Notes: generated from the sequence alone by a model not told the origin. Positions 22,954 to 33,676 are shown, counted from the stretch's first letter. The stretch: DNA of 64,000 bases from an uncultured Chloroflexia bacterium (GCA_963728205.1 CAVSIV010000006.1:1568001-1632000); one strand, 5' to 3'. Program-made: numbers and translations.

Positions 22954-23754
22954 ATGCCGCTGATGGACCTCGGTGACGTCCAGATCCACTACGAGGAGCG
23001 AGGCTCCGGGTCGCCCGCCTTCGTGTTCTGCCACGGCCTCGGCGGCAGCGGCGAGGGCTTCGAGCGCGACGACATGGACTGGTACGCGCAGCGCTTCCGC
23101 ACGATCTCGTGGGACAACCGCGGGCTCGGCCGCTCGGGGCAGGCCGCGAAGTACTCGCTGCCGCTCTACGCGGGCGACCTCGACCGGCTGCTCGACCGCC
23201 TCGGCGTCGCGCGCGCCGTGCTGCTGGGCGTCTCGTGGGGCGGCGTCGTGGTGCAGCGCTTCGCGCTCGACTACCCGGAGCGCTGCGCGGCGATCGTGCT
23301 CGACTCCACGTCGAGCGAGGTGAACGTGCTGGCGAGCGAGAACTGGTACCTGCGCGGCGAGGTCGCGAAGCGCGGCGCCGACGCGATCGCCGGGCGCGAC
23401 GTGAAGCCGGCGTTCGAGGGGCACGCGACGGTCGAACAGACCGCCGCCGGCAGCGGCGTGAAGCCCGAGCACGTCGACTCCTACGTGGCGGAGTCGCGCG
23501 CCACCGCGGGGCTGCGCGAGCACCCGCTGACGCCGTATTTGAAGCACATCGTGTGCCCGGCGCTGGTGGTCGGCGGGGGCAAGGACACGGTCGCCGGCGC
23601 CGGCGGGTCGGTGATCATCTCCCGCAACATTCCAGGTTCGCGCCTGGAGATCCTCGAGCACGCGGGCCACGGCGTGTACCGGCAGGCGCCGGACGAGTTC
23701 CGGGCGTTGCTGCTCGAGTTCCTCGGCCAGCACGGGCTTAGTCCCGCGACATAA
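22954..23754 (+). CDS. Alpha/beta hydrolase
   Basis: HGLGG, DNRGLGRS, GVSWGG nucleophile motif and AGH. Confidence 0.9.
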   Translation: MPLMDLGDVQIHYEERGSGSPAFVFCHGLGGSGEGFERDDMDWYAQRFRTISWDNRGLGRSGQAAKYSLPLYAGDLDRLLDRLGVARAVLLGVSWGGVVVQRFALDYPERCAAIVLDSTSSEVNVLASENWYLRGEVAKRGADAIAGRDVKPAFEGHATVEQTAAGSGVKPEHVDSYVAESRATAGLREHPLTPYLKHIVCPALVVGGGKDTVAGAGGSVIISRNIPGSRLEILEHAGHGVYRQAPDEFRALLLEFLGQHGLSPAT

Positions 23755-23909
23755 CCGCACGCACCGGAGGCCCGGTCCCGGCTTCACACCGACATAACGG
23801 TGGCGTGGCACGCTCGTCCGTGGGAATATCAGCGTTCGCGGGCGAGGCCGCCCGCCCAGCCGTCCGCGCGCGCTCCCCGGCCCGCGCACGAGTCGATGGA
23901 CACACCGAG

Positions 23910-24992
23910 ATGGTCGACGAGAGCCACCGAACCACCAGCGACCTGAACGTCGGCGCGACGCTGGCGCTCGTCTCGCCGGATGAGCTTGCGCGGCGCGTCC
24001 CGCTCAGCGAGCGCGCGCGCGAGACGGTCGTTCGCGGCCGCCGCGAGGTGCAGGCGGTGCTGCGCGGCGACGACCCGCGGCTGCTCGTCATCACCGGGCC
24101 GTGCTCGATCCACGACGTGGAGGCGGGCGTCGAGTACGCGCGCCGGCTGGCCGCGCTGGCCGAGCGCGTGGCCGACCGCGTGCTGCTCGTGATGCGCGTG
24201 TACTTCGAGAAGCCGCGCACGGTCCTCGGCTGGAAGGGCATGATCTACGACCCGCACCTCGACGGCACGTTCGCCATTGAGGAGGGGCTCCACCTCGCGC
24301 GGCGGCTGCTCGTCGAGGTGAACGACATGGGCATCCCCGCGGCGACCGAGTTCCTCGATCCGATCGTCCCGCAGTACCTGGCCGACCTCGTCGCGTGGGC
24401 GGCGGTGGGCGCGCGCACCACCGAGAGCCAGACGCACCGCCAGATGGCGAGCGGGCTGAGCATGCCGGTCGGCTTCAAGAACACGACCGCCGGCAGCGTG
24501 AAGATCGCAGCCGACGCCATCCTCGCCTCGCGCGCTGCGCAGGCGTTCCTGGGGATCGACCACCAGGGGCGCACGGCGGTCGTGCAGACGAAGGGCAACG
24601 AGTACGCGCACCTCGTCCTGCGCGGCGGCGACGACGGCCCGAACTACGACGCGCGCGCCGTGGCGGCGGCGCAGGAGACGCTGCGGGCCGCCGGCCTCGC
24701 GCCGCGGCTGCTCGTCGACTGCTCGCACATGAACGCCGCGAAGGACCACACGCGCGAGGGCGGCGTGTTCGAGGACGTGCTCGCGCAGCGGCTCGCCGGC
24801 AACGACGGCATCGCCGGCGTGATGCTGGAGAGCCACCTCTTTCCGGGGGCGCAGAAGCTCGGCGACGACCCGTCGACGCTGCAGTACGGCGTTTCGATCA
24901 CCGACGCCTGCATCGGCTGGGACGAGACCGAGGCGCTGATCACCGGCGCGCACGACCGGCTGGCCGCCGGCAGCACCGTCTCCGCACGATAG
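23910..24992 (+). CDS. DAHP synthase, type I-alpha (AroF/G/H family)
   Basis: GPCSIHD, MRVYFEKPRT, GARTTESQTHR, DCSH and SITDACIGW motifs. Confidence 0.95.
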   Translation: MVDESHRTTSDLNVGATLALVSPDELARRVPLSERARETVVRGRREVQAVLRGDDPRLLVITGPCSIHDVEAGVEYARRLAALAERVADRVLLVMRVYFEKPRTVLGWKGMIYDPHLDGTFAIEEGLHLARRLLVEVNDMGIPAATEFLDPIVPQYLADLVAWAAVGARTTESQTHRQMASGLSMPVGFKNTTAGSVKIAADAILASRAAQAFLGIDHQGRTAVVQTKGNEYAHLVLRGGDDGPNYDARAVAAAQETLRAAGLAPRLLVDCSHMNAAKDHTREGGVFEDVLAQRLAGNDGIAGVMLESHLFPGAQKLGDDPSTLQYGVSITDACIGWDETEALITGAHDRLAAGSTVSAR

Positions 24993-25149
24993 CCCGCCGA
25001 CGACGCGCGCGGCGTCGAGAACGCCACCGGACGATAGCGGCCGACGGCGCGCACGAGCGCGCGCCGCGGAACGCGTTTCCAGCGATGCGGGCTGACGCCG
25101 CCACGTTCGCCGTCGGTGCGTGGTCAGCCTGCGTCAATCGGCGTGTCGG

Positions 25150-25857
25150 TCAGCGACGCGCCCTGCTCCGGGCCCCGGCCAACAGCAGCACCGTGAGCGC
25201 GGCGAGCGCGAGCTCGACCGTCGGCGCGGCACCGTGCGGAGCCGCGTTGCCGAGCATGCCGGTGGGGGCGGGCGTGGGTGCCGACGGGTTCGGGGTCGCG
25301 GTGCCGGCCGGCGTCGTCGAGAGCAGCGAGAAGCCCGTCGGCGTGAAGCCGTAGATGCGCGTCTCGTCCCGGGTCGGGCAGCAGAGCGGGTCGCCCGGAC
25401 CCTGCGTCGTCATGTCGATGTGGACCTGGTGGTCGACGATCGTGATCGCGTTCAGCGTGATGCGGTCGCCCAGCTGCGTCCCCGCGCCCACGACCGGCGC
25501 GCCGTTCTCCAGCGTCACGAGGTGGAGCGTGTAGAACGTCCCGCTGCCGCCGCCGCTCGTGGCGAGGACGACGGCAGCGAAGTCCGGCGCGATCGCGGCG
25601 TCGACGAACTGGACCTGCACGAGCGACGCAGAGCCGGGTGCCGCCGGCTCGCTGTACGCCCCGCCGCTGAGCGGCGCCGTGCGTGCGGCCGTGAAGCTCG
25701 ATGGATAGGTGGCGTTCTTCAGCTGGTCGAGTGTCAGCGGCTGCGCCTGTGCGCGCGCCGTGCCGGCGGTGCCGAGGCCGAGCGCGAGCGCGAGGGCCGC
25801 GACGACCAGCGTCGCGATGCCGGCGTGTCGCCACGCCGGGATGATGCTACGAGACAT
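25150..25857 (-). CDS. Secreted protein with a C-terminal sortase-like or membrane anchor
   Basis: Signal peptide, SGGGSG and DPLCCP motifs, Pro/Thr linker, PAPTG, hydrophobic helix and basic tail. Confidence 0.7.
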   Translation of the reverse strand: MSRSIIPAWRHAGIATLVVAALALALGLGTAGTARAQAQPLTLDQLKNATYPSSFTAARTAPLSGGAYSEPAAPGSASLVQVQFVDAAIAPDFAAVVLATSGGGSGTFYTLHLVTLENGAPVVGAGTQLGDRITLNAITIVDHQVHIDMTTQGPGDPLCCPTRDETRIYGFTPTGFSLLSTTPAGTATPNPSAPTPAPTGMLGNAAPHGAAPTVELALAALTVLLLAGARSRARR

Positions 25858-25905
25858 GGGATGGGCTCCTGCCGAGAGCTGCGGGGCGCGGGTGGCGGCG
25901 TCTCG

Positions 25906-26867
25906 TCAGGGCTGGATGACGGGCAATTCGAGCTCCGCCGGCATGCGGAACTCGACGGTCTCGTTCGCCACGATCACCGGCTCCACGCGCGTCACGCCGC
26001 GCGCGCGCAGATCCTCGATGATCGGATCGAGCAGCGCGTCGGGCACCGATGCGCCGGCCGTCAGGCCGACCACGTCCGCGCCCTCGTACCAGGCCGGGTC
26101 GATCTCCTCGATGCCGTCCACGCGGTACGCCGGCGTGCCGGCTCCGGCCGCCACTTCGCGCAGACGCACGCTGTTCGAGGAGTTCGCGGAGCCGACCACG
26201 ATCACGACGTCGGCGCGGCGCGCGAGCTCGCGCACCGCCGTCTGCCGGTTCGTCGTCGCGTAGCAGATGTCGTTGCGGATCTGCGCGCCCGGATAGCGGG
26301 CGCGGATGGCGTCGATCGTCTCGGCCGTGTCGTCGACCGAGAGCGTGGTCTGCGTCACGACGAAGACGGGGCGCGGGTCGCGTCCGCGTCCGCGTTCGCG
26401 TTCGCGTCCGCGAGGTTCCGCACGTCGTCCACGGTGTCGACCACGCGCGTGCGATCCGCGGCCTCGCCCTTCGTGCCCATCACCTCGTCGTGCCCCTCGT
26501 GGCCCACGAGCAGAATGTCGAAGCCGTCCTTCGCCGCCTTGCGCGTCTCGAGGTGGACCTTCGTGACCAGCGGGCAGGTGGCGTCGATCACGCGCAGCTG
26601 CTTGGCGCGCGCGGCGGCGACCACCTGCGGCGAGACGCCGTGCGCCGAGAAGACGATGCGCGCGCCCTCGGGCACCTCGTCGATCGAGTTCACGAAGACG
26701 GCGCCGCGGCGGCGGAAGGAGTCGACGACGTAGCGGTTGTGGACGATCTCGTGGAACGCGTAGACCGGCGCGGGCTCGCGATCGAGCACGGCGTCGAGGA
26801 CGTCGATCGCGCGGACGACGCCGGCGCAGAAGCCACGGGGTTCGGCGAGCAGGAGGGTGTGCGGCAT
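25906..26867 (-). CDS. ispH: 4-hydroxy-3-methylbut-2-enyl diphosphate reductase, with a 1-bp deletion near 26378
   Basis: PRGFCAGV, IVHN, DATCPLV, then QTT, ICYATTNRQ, SSNS and TAGAS in the shifted frame. Confidence 0.95.
26379..26412. repeat. Hexamer tandem repeat (CGCGTY) of about 5.7 units inside ispH
   Basis: cgcgtc cgcgtc cgcgtt cgcgtt cgcgtc cgcg, encoding ADANANADADA. Confidence 0.85.
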
Positions 26868-26946
26868 GACAGATCCAGTGTAGGCATCGCGGCCGCGAGC
26901 GCACCCCGCCCGCGGCCGCGCCACCCTGCTCCCGTGTTCCCGCGGA

Positions 26947-29301
26947 TCAGCGCACGCGCATCGAGCGCAGGCGCAGGCTGTTGGTCATCACCGAGACGCT
27001 GCTCATCGCCATCGCCGCCGCGGCGATGATCGGGTTGAGGAAGCCCTGCTCGCCGAAGACCGGGTGCAGGAGCTGCGGCACCTCGGTGTTCAGGATGCCG
27101 TGGAAGAGGAGGTAGCCGACACCGGCCGCGACGGGGATCAGGACGACGTTGTAACCGAACGCCCAGCCGAGGTTCTCCCACATCACGCGCATCGTCTGGC
27201 GGCTGATCGCAATGGCCGTCGCCACGCCCTCGAGGTCCGGCCGCATCAGCGTCACCGGCGCGGTCTCCATCGCCACGTCGGTGCCGGTGCCGATGGCGAT
27301 GCCGACGTCCGCTGCCGCGAGCGCCGGTGCGTCGTTGATGCCGTCGCCGACCATCGCCACGACGTGGCCCTGCTCCTGCAGCTCGCGCACGACGCGCGCC
27401 TTGTCTTCCGGTCGCACCTGCGCGACGACGCGCTCGATCCCGACCTGCGCGGCCACCGCGCGGGCCGGCGCCTCCTGGTCGCCGGTCAGCATGACGATTT
27501 CGACGCCGAGCGCCCGCAGCCGCCGTACGCCCTCCGCCGAGCGCTCGCGCACGCGGTCGGCGAGCGCGATCACGCCCGCCGGCAGGCCGTCGACCGCGAC
27601 GCGGATCGGCGTCTCGCCGCGCTGCGACGCCTGGTCGACGAGGAAGTCCATGCGCAGCGCGCCGCGCGTCGCGGCGGCGACGTCGCGCCCCGCGAGCAGC
27701 TCCGCGTTGCCGGCAAGCACCGCGCGGCCCGCGATCGTCGCCACGACGCCCTGGCCGGCGACCGCCTCGAAGGTGTCGGGCCACTCCAGCGGCAGCCCGC
27801 GCCGCTCCGCCTCGCGCACGAGCGCCGCGGCGTACGGGTGCTCGGAGCCGCGCTCGGCGGAGGCGACGAGCCACACGAGCGTGTCGGCGTCGACCGGCGC
27901 GTCCGGCGCGAGCTCGACGCCGGTGACCTCCGGCTGGCCCTCCGTGATCGTGCCGGTCTTGTCGAGGACGACCGTGTCAATGTGCCGCGCCCGCTGCAGC
28001 GCCTCCGCGTGGCGGAAGAGCACGCCGTGCTGGGCGCCCCGCCCCGTGCCCACCATGATCGCGGTGGGCGTCGCCAGGCCGAGCGCGCAGGGGCACGCGA
28101 TGATCAGCACGGCGACCGCGTTGATGATGGCGATCGTCAGCGCCGGCGACGGCCCGAACACGAGCCATGCCACGAACGTGAGCGTCGCGACCACGAACAC
28201 CGCCGGCACGAAGACGCTCGCGATGCGGTCGGCCAGACCCTGGATCGGCGCCTTCGAGGTCTGCGCCTCCTCGACGAGCTTGATGATGCGGGCGAGTGCG
28301 GAATCGGCGCCGACCGCGGTGGCGCGCACGCGCAGCAGGCCCGTCGTGTTCATCGTCGCGCCGAAGACGCCGTCGCCCGGCTGCTTCGTCACCGGCACCG
28401 ACTCGCCCGTCAGCATCGACTCGTCGACGGCCGACGCGCCGTCGACGACCTCGCCGTCGACGGGGATCTGCTCGCTCGGGCGGACGATCACGACGTCGCC
28501 CGGCTGGACGGCCTTCACCGGGATCTCGAACTCTTCGCCGTTCTCGAGCACGCGCGCGGTGAGCGGCCGCAGCGCGATCAGGCTGCGCACCGCCGCCGAG
28601 GTCTGTCCCTTCGCGCGCGCCTCGAGCAGCCGGCCGAAGAGGATGAGCCCGACGATCGCCGACGAGGTGTCGTAGAAGAGCGCCGGCTCGATGCCGGACA
28701 CGCCGTGGAACACCTGCGGCGCGAAGGTCGCGACGACCGAGTAGCCGAACGCGGCCGACGTGCCGACGGCGACGAGCGTGTTCATGTCGGTGGAGCCGTG
28801 CCGGCCGATGCGCCAGGCGCCGACGTAGAACTGCTTGCCGGCCCACAGCTGGACGGGCAGGGCGAGCAGAAAGAAGAACGGGTGCAGCACCCGTTCCGGC
28901 ACGGCGTCGCCGAGCCCGGGGAAGATCCAGGTGAGCGGCATCCACGCGATGAGCAGGCCGGCGATAGAGAGCGCGAAGATCGTGCGGCGCTTGAGATCGC
29001 GGTACTCGGTGCGGCGCGCCTCCTCGAGGCGGTCGCGCGTGTCCTCCTCGGCCTCGTCGGGGAGCCAGAGCTCGTACCCGGCGCGGGTGACGGCGGCCTT
29101 GAAGGCGGCGACGTCCTGCGGGCCGCCGGTGACGGTCGCCTCGTCGGTGGCGAGGTTCACGGTCGCCCGCGCCACGCCCTCGACGCCGGCGAGCGCTTTC
29201 TCGACGCGTCGCACGCACGACGCGCAGTGCATGCCGCGCACGACGAAGCGCTGGGTTGGCTCGCCGACGGCCGGGGTGGGTGTGGTGGCTTCGGTGGTCA
29301 T
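26947..29301 (-). CDS. copA: Cu(I)-translocating P1B-type ATPase
   Basis: GMHCASC HMA domain; TGES, CPC, DKTGT, SEHP, GDGIND, YN and MAMSS motifs. Confidence 0.95.
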   Translation of the reverse strand: MTTEATTPTPAVGEPTQRFVVRGMHCASCVRRVEKALAGVEGVARATVNLATDEATVTGGPQDVAAFKAAVTRAGYELWLPDEAEEDTRDRLEEARRTEYRDLKRRTIFALSIAGLLIAWMPLTWIFPGLGDAVPERVLHPFFFLLALPVQLWAGKQFYVGAWRIGRHGSTDMNTLVAVGTSAAFGYSVVATFAPQVFHGVSGIEPALFYDTSSAIVGLILFGRLLEARAKGQTSAAVRSLIALRPLTARVLENGEEFEIPVKAVQPGDVVIVRPSEQIPVDGEVVDGASAVDESMLTGESVPVTKQPGDGVFGATMNTTGLLRVRATAVGADSALARIIKLVEEAQTSKAPIQGLADRIASVFVPAVFVVATLTFVAWLVFGPSPALTIAIINAVAVLIIACPCALGLATPTAIMVGTGRGAQHGVLFRHAEALQRARHIDTVVLDKTGTITEGQPEVTGVELAPDAPVDADTLVWLVASAERGSEHPYAAALVREAERRGLPLEWPDTFEAVAGQGVVATIAGRAVLAGNAELLAGRDVAAATRGALRMDFLVDQASQRGETPIRVAVDGLPAGVIALADRVRERSAEGVRRLRALGVEIVMLTGDQEAPARAVAAQVGIERVVAQVRPEDKARVVRELQEQGHVVAMVGDGINDAPALAAADVGIAIGTGTDVAMETAPVTLMRPDLEGVATAIAISRQTMRVMWENLGWAFGYNVVLIPVAAGVGYLLFHGILNTEVPQLLHPVFGEQGFLNPIIAAAAMAMSSVSVMTNSLRLRSMRVR

Positions 29302-29399
29302 TGTCGAACTCCGAGTCGTGTGTGCGGGGGGCTCGCCGGGGAGAGGGCTGGGTGAGGGGCGCCCCTCAGCCCGCTGACGCGGGGCCGTTCGCCGGCGGA

Positions 29400-29666
29400 T
29401 CAGCGGTTGGCGAGTGCATAGAGCTCCAGCAGCTCGTCGAGGACGGGCTCGGAGCGGCCCGCCTCGATGGCGTCGACGACGCAGTGGCGCAGGTGGCCGT
29501 CGAGCATCTTCGACTCCGCCTTCTCGATGGCCCGGCGGACGGCGTACGTCTGCTTGAGCACATCCACGCAGTAGGTGTCCTGCTCGATCATGCGGCGGAT
29601 GCCGGCGATGTGCCCCTCGACGTAGGCGAGGCGCTTGAGCACGTCGGCGCGGGTGTTGGCGTCCAT
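29400..29666 (-). CDS. csoR: CsoR/RcnR family metal-sensing repressor
   Basis: [18 protein letters not shown] and HLRHC (Cys-His-Cys ligands). Confidence 0.9.
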   Translation of the reverse strand: MDANTRADVLKRLAYVEGHIAGIRRMIEQDTYCVDVLKQTYAVRRAIEKAESKMLDGHLRHCVVDAIEAGRSEPVLDELLELYALANR

Positions 29667-29690
29667 GCGGGCCTCCCGGCTCCTGGCTGG

Positions 29691-30269
29691 CTAGGCGTCC
29701 GGTGGAATGGCGAGGGCGACGTCGAGCGGCTGGCCCCACGGCATCGCGATCTGCTGCACGTCGACGTGGTAGGCGGTGCCGGCGTCGAGCATGGCGCGCA
29801 GGCGCGACTCGGCGCCGCGCCCCACGAGGATGCGGTTTCCGCAGCAGCAACCCTCGGCAGGCGGGTCGGCGAGGGCGCGGTCCAGCGCGAAGCCGGCGTC
29901 GCACCCGCAGTAGCAGTCGTAGTTCACGTCGGCGCCGCGCGCGGTGGGCGTGACGCGATAGGCGGGGATCCAGCGGTCCTTCGCGGGCGGCACGGCATGC
30001 GCACCGCCATCGGCCCCCGTCCTCGCGCCGACGACCACGCCGCGCGCCGGGCCATCGCCGAGCGGGTAGCCCTCCGCGACGAGCGCGGCGGCGAGCCGGT
30101 CGAGTGCCGCCCCGCCCTCGACGTCGACGACGAACGACTTCGCCTCGGGGTCGCCCGCGAGGAAGCGTGCGCCGTCCACGGCGTTCGCGGTGCGCTCGAT
30201 GGTGGCGATGCAGTGCTCGCAGGTGATGTCCGGTGCGTACAGGGTGAGCTGGGCCAACGGTGACTCCAT
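29691..30269 (-). CDS. CopZ-like HMA domain fused to an unknown Cys-rich domain
   Basis: ITCEHC at the N-terminus; CYCGC and CCCG at the C-terminus; first gene of the cop operon. Confidence 0.75.
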   Translation of the reverse strand: MESPLAQLTLYAPDITCEHCIATIERTANAVDGARFLAGDPEAKSFVVDVEGGAALDRLAAALVAEGYPLGDGPARGVVVGARTGADGGAHAVPPAKDRWIPAYRVTPTARGADVNYDCYCGCDAGFALDRALADPPAEGCCCGNRILVGRGAESRLRAMLDAGTAYHVDVQQIAMPWGQPLDVALAIPPDA

Positions 30270-30307
30270 GTCCAGTGTGCCGGTCGACGGGGTCAGCATA
30301 GCACGAC

Positions 30308-30332
30308 CCGTACCCCCTGGGAGGGGGTACGG
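30308..30332. promoter_or_regulatory. CsoR-type operator
   Basis: Perfect 11-bp inverted repeat CCGTACCCCCT-GGG-AGGGGGTACGG beside a TGnTATGCT -10 on the minus strand. Confidence 0.8.
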
Positions 30333-30409
30333 ACATGCCGGTACGCGCCGAACTCGACATACTGGCCCGGCGTCCGGGGGGCACGCGGTTTCACGGGGCG
30401 GAGAGCCCA

Positions 30410-31807
30410 TTGCGCGCCGTCTGGCTGTCGACACGAGCAAGCCGGCCGTGGCGGTTCCGCAACCGCCGGGCCACGAACCACCCGCGCACGTCGTTCGAGA
30501 CGCGCGTGCTCGGCACGCCGCCGCGGCGCTGGTTCATGGTCGACGGCGTCTTCGCGAGCGCGTCCGACGTGGTCATCGTCCGCTTCCTCAGCATCTACGC
30601 GATCGCGCTCGGCGCTTCGAACGCCGAGATCGGCTGGCTCGCGATCGCGAACGGGCTCGCGGGCGCGCTCGCGCTGGCGCCGGGCGCGTGGATCGCGGAG
30701 CGCGTGCACTCGCGGAAGCTCGTGGTGCTGCTGACCGGGGGCGGCGTCGGGCGCGTCGCGCTGCTGCTGATGGCCGGCGCGCCGCTGTGGATGGCGAACC
30801 ACCAGGCGGTCTACGCGCTGGTCGTGCTCACCGGGCTGCGCTGGTTCGCCGGGAGCCTCGGCCACCCGTCGTGGATCTCGCTGTTGTCCGACATCGTGCC
30901 GGTGGACCTGCGCCGTCTCTACGTCTCGCGGCGGATGCTCGCGATCGCGGTCGTCGCCGCGGTGGGCGCGCCGCTTGCCGGATTCGCCATCCGCTGGCTC
31001 GGCGGGGTCGACTCGGTGAGCGCGTACCAGTGGGTGTTCCTCGGGGCCTTCGTGCTCGGCGTGGTGAGCACGTTCGCGTACTCGCGAATCGCGGAGCCGC
31101 CGCGGCCGCCGCACGCCGAGCGTCCGCGCGGGTCGACGCGGGAGATGTTGCGCGACCGGGCGTTCGTGCGCTTCATGGGCGGCACGCTGCTGCTGCACTC
31201 GTTCACGATGATCGCCGGCCCATTCTTCGCGGCGTACCTGGTGCGCAACCTCGGCGCGAACGCCGCCGAGGTCGGCATCCTCGCGACGGTCGACGCGACC
31301 TCGGCCGTGGTCGGCCAGTACCTGGCCGGTGGGTTCGCGATGCGGTGGGGGTCGATGCGGCTGATGATCGGCAGCATGTTCCTGCTGCCGCTGCTCCCGC
31401 TGCTGTGGGCCGTGTCGCAGCAGCCGTGGCACACGGCGATCCCGAACCTGCTCGGCGGCGGGGCGTGGGCGGCGTGGAACCTCGCGGCGTTCAACCTGGT
31501 GCTCGAGTACGCGCCGGAGGACAACCTGCCGCGCTACGCGGCGAGCCACCAGACGATGGTGCTTGCGGCGTCGCTGATCGGACCCGTGATCGGGACCGCG
31601 ATCGTCGCGGCGTACGGACTGCGCGCGGCGATGGTGGTCTCGGCGATCGGCCGCGTGTTCGCGCTCGGCGTGATGATGTGGCCGGGCGGCGGGGGCGCCG
31701 CCGCGGAGGAGTCGGCAGCGGTCGGCGCCGACTCCTCTGCGGACGCGCCGCGGGCGACGCGTGCCGATGCGGTTGCCGACCGGCAACGGCCGGCGCAGCA
31801 GGTATAG
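30410..31807 (+). CDS. MFS transporter
   Basis: About 12 hydrophobic segments; TTG start with GGAG upstream (alternative start 30335). Confidence 0.85.
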   Translation: MRAVWLSTRASRPWRFRNRRATNHPRTSFETRVLGTPPRRWFMVDGVFASASDVVIVRFLSIYAIALGASNAEIGWLAIANGLAGALALAPGAWIAERVHSRKLVVLLTGGGVGRVALLLMAGAPLWMANHQAVYALVVLTGLRWFAGSLGHPSWISLLSDIVPVDLRRLYVSRRMLAIAVVAAVGAPLAGFAIRWLGGVDSVSAYQWVFLGAFVLGVVSTFAYSRIAEPPRPPHAERPRGSTREMLRDRAFVRFMGGTLLLHSFTMIAGPFFAAYLVRNLGANAAEVGILATVDATSAVVGQYLAGGFAMRWGSMRLMIGSMFLLPLLPLLWAVSQQPWHTAIPNLLGGGAWAAWNLAAFNLVLEYAPEDNLPRYAASHQTMVLAASLIGPVIGTAIVAAYGLRAAMVVSAIGRVFALGVMMWPGGGGAAAEESAAVGADSSADAPRATRADAVADRQRPAQQV

Positions 31808-31814
31808 TCCGGGC

Positions 31815-32483
31815 ATGCAGCTCGTCCACGCGTCCTGGCACCCCGGCGGCGACGCCGACCCCGTTCCCACCCTGATCGCGATGCACGGCCACGGCGCGCA
31901 CGCGCAGGACCTGCTCGGGGTCGCGCCGTTCCTCGCCGGCGGTCGGCTCCAGATCATCTGTCCCGAGGCCGAGTTCGTGCTGCAGGCGGGGATGCTCGGC
32001 TACACGTGGTTCGACCGCGAACCGGACGGGAGCCGCAGCCCGGGCGAGTTCGAGCGCGTCGCGGGGCTCGTGCGCGCCTTCATCGACGAGGCCACCGAGC
32101 GCTACCGCGCCGACCCGGAGCGCACCGCTCTGCTCGGCTTCTCGCAGGGCGGCGGGCTCGCGTATCGGCTGGGTCTCGCGGAGCCCGGACGGTTCGCGGG
32201 CGTCGCGGCGCTCAGCACGTGGCTGCCCGAGGAGGCGGTGGCCGCGGCCGACCGCGAGCACCTTGCGTCGCTGCCGGTGCTCGTCCAGCACGGGACGACC
32301 GACCCGATGGTGAAGATCGACCGCGGGCGCGACTCGCGCGATCGCCTCCAAGAGCTGGGCGCGCACGTCGAGTACCACGAGTACCCGATGCAGCACCAGA
32401 TTGGCCCCGAGAGCCTGCGGGATCTCTCGGAGTGGCTGGAGCGCGTCCTCCGCCTCCCTCCGCCGTCGGTGTTCAACGGCTGA
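31815..32483 (+). CDS. Phospholipase/carboxylesterase (abhydrolase_2)
   Basis: HGHG, GFSQGG, HGTTDPMV and MQHQI motifs. Confidence 0.9.
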   Translation: MQLVHASWHPGGDADPVPTLIAMHGHGAHAQDLLGVAPFLAGGRLQIICPEAEFVLQAGMLGYTWFDREPDGSRSPGEFERVAGLVRAFIDEATERYRADPERTALLGFSQGGGLAYRLGLAEPGRFAGVAALSTWLPEEAVAAADREHLASLPVLVQHGTTDPMVKIDRGRDSRDRLQELGAHVEYHEYPMQHQIGPESLRDLSEWLERVLRLPPPSVFNG

Positions 32484-32539
32484 TCGCGCAGGGGCGATGG
32501 GCCTGCCTTCAAGCGACGCGTTATCAAACAAATCGCCTG

Positions 32540-32560
32540 TTATCCACGAAATGTGGACAA
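32540..32560. promoter_or_regulatory. Inverted pair of DnaA-box-like sites
   Basis: TTATCCACG-aaa-TGTGGACAA, each with 1 mismatch to TTATCCACA, in an AT-rich patch. Confidence 0.55.
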
Positions 32561-32664
32561 CCAGCGGCCGATCCGGGTCAATCCGGGCCGATCTCCGCGC
32601 GCCGGCGGCCGCTCCCGGTATGCTGCGCGCGACCCGACCCGGGCACGCAGCCAGGAGGAGCGCC

Positions 32665-33627
32665 GTGACCCAGCAACCGCCGACCGTCGCCGACTACACG
32701 TCCGAGATGCGCGCCTGCGCGGAGGCGATCCGCCTCTCGCCGCCGGCGATCGTGCAGCCCGAGGACCGCTGGGCCGAGCTCAACGGCATCCGCTTCCACT
32801 ACCTCGACTGGGGCAACCCGGACCTGCCGCACCTCGTGCTGCTGCACGGCGGCAGCCTGACCGCGCATACATGGGACATGTCGGCGCTGATGCTGCGCGA
32901 CCGCTACCACGTGGTCGCGCTCGACCAGCGCGGGCACGGCGACACCGGCTGGACGCCGGACGACCGGATCGGCGCCGACAACGGCGACCTGATGCTGGAC
33001 GACACCGCCGCGTTCCTGGAGCACCTCGGGTACGACCACGTGGTGCTCTGCGGGATGTCGATGGGCGGGATGAATGCGATCCGCTACGCGGCGCGCCACC
33101 CCGAGCGGCTCGACGCGCTGGTGATCGTCGACATCGGCCCCGTGACGATGCAACAGGGCCTGATCGAGATGGAGCAGTTCCGCCACGAGACGGAGACGAT
33201 GCGGCGCTTTGAGGACTTCCTCGACCGCGCGGTGAAGTTCAATCCGCAGCGGCGGCCGGAGCACCTGCAGTACTCGCTGCTGCACTCGCTGAAGCAGGTC
33301 GACGACGGGTGGACGTGGAAGCAGGACCACCGTCGCCGCCCGCAGATGGAGGGCCTGAGCGAGGAGCAGATGAAGGCGGCGCGCGAGCAGCGCGCGGCGC
33401 AGATGTGGTCGGACCTCGAGGCAATTCAGCTGCCGACGCTGCTGATGCGCGGAGAGATCGGCAAGATCCTCTCGCCGCAGGCGGCGCGCGAGGTGGTGAG
33501 CCGGATGACGGACTGCGAGTACGTGGTGATCCCGGGCGCCGGCCACTCGGTGCAGGGCGACAACCCGCGCGACTTCGCACGCGCGCTGAACGCGTTCGCG
33601 ACGCGGCGGTTGCGGCGCGCAGACTGA
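32665..33627 (+). CDS. Alpha/beta hydrolase
   Basis: LHGG, DQRGHGD, GMSMGG and AGHSVQGDNP motifs; SD AGGAGG. Confidence 0.9.
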   Translation: MTQQPPTVADYTSEMRACAEAIRLSPPAIVQPEDRWAELNGIRFHYLDWGNPDLPHLVLLHGGSLTAHTWDMSALMLRDRYHVVALDQRGHGDTGWTPDDRIGADNGDLMLDDTAAFLEHLGYDHVVLCGMSMGGMNAIRYAARHPERLDALVIVDIGPVTMQQGLIEMEQFRHETETMRRFEDFLDRAVKFNPQRRPEHLQYSLLHSLKQVDDGWTWKQDHRRRPQMEGLSEEQMKAAREQRAAQMWSDLEAIQLPTLLMRGEIGKILSPQAAREVVSRMTDCEYVVIPGAGHSVQGDNPRDFARALNAFATRRLRRAD

Positions 33628-33628
33628 C

Positions 33629-33657
33629 GGCGCGCGGCGGGCTTCAGGCCCGCCGTG
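33629..33657. repeat. Palindromic repeat family B, copy 1
   Basis: GGCGCGCGGCGGGC-TTCAG-GCCCGCCGTG. Confidence 0.8.
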
Positions 33658-33676
33658 CATGTCGTGAACCTCGCGT

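Noticed and set aside
24986-25056. Short imperfect direct repeat ACGATAGC..CCGACG.CGCGC
   Set aside because: There are only two degenerate copies at a gene end, with no further structure or other occurrences noticed.
26947-30384. Apparent 1145-aa CopA with a long N-terminus
   Set aside because: The extension is an off-frame reading of csoR and the HMA gene. The real start is near 29301.
32521-32560. Replication origin
   Set aside because: There are only two good DnaA boxes, no extended unwinding element, and no dnaA, dnaN or parAB context.
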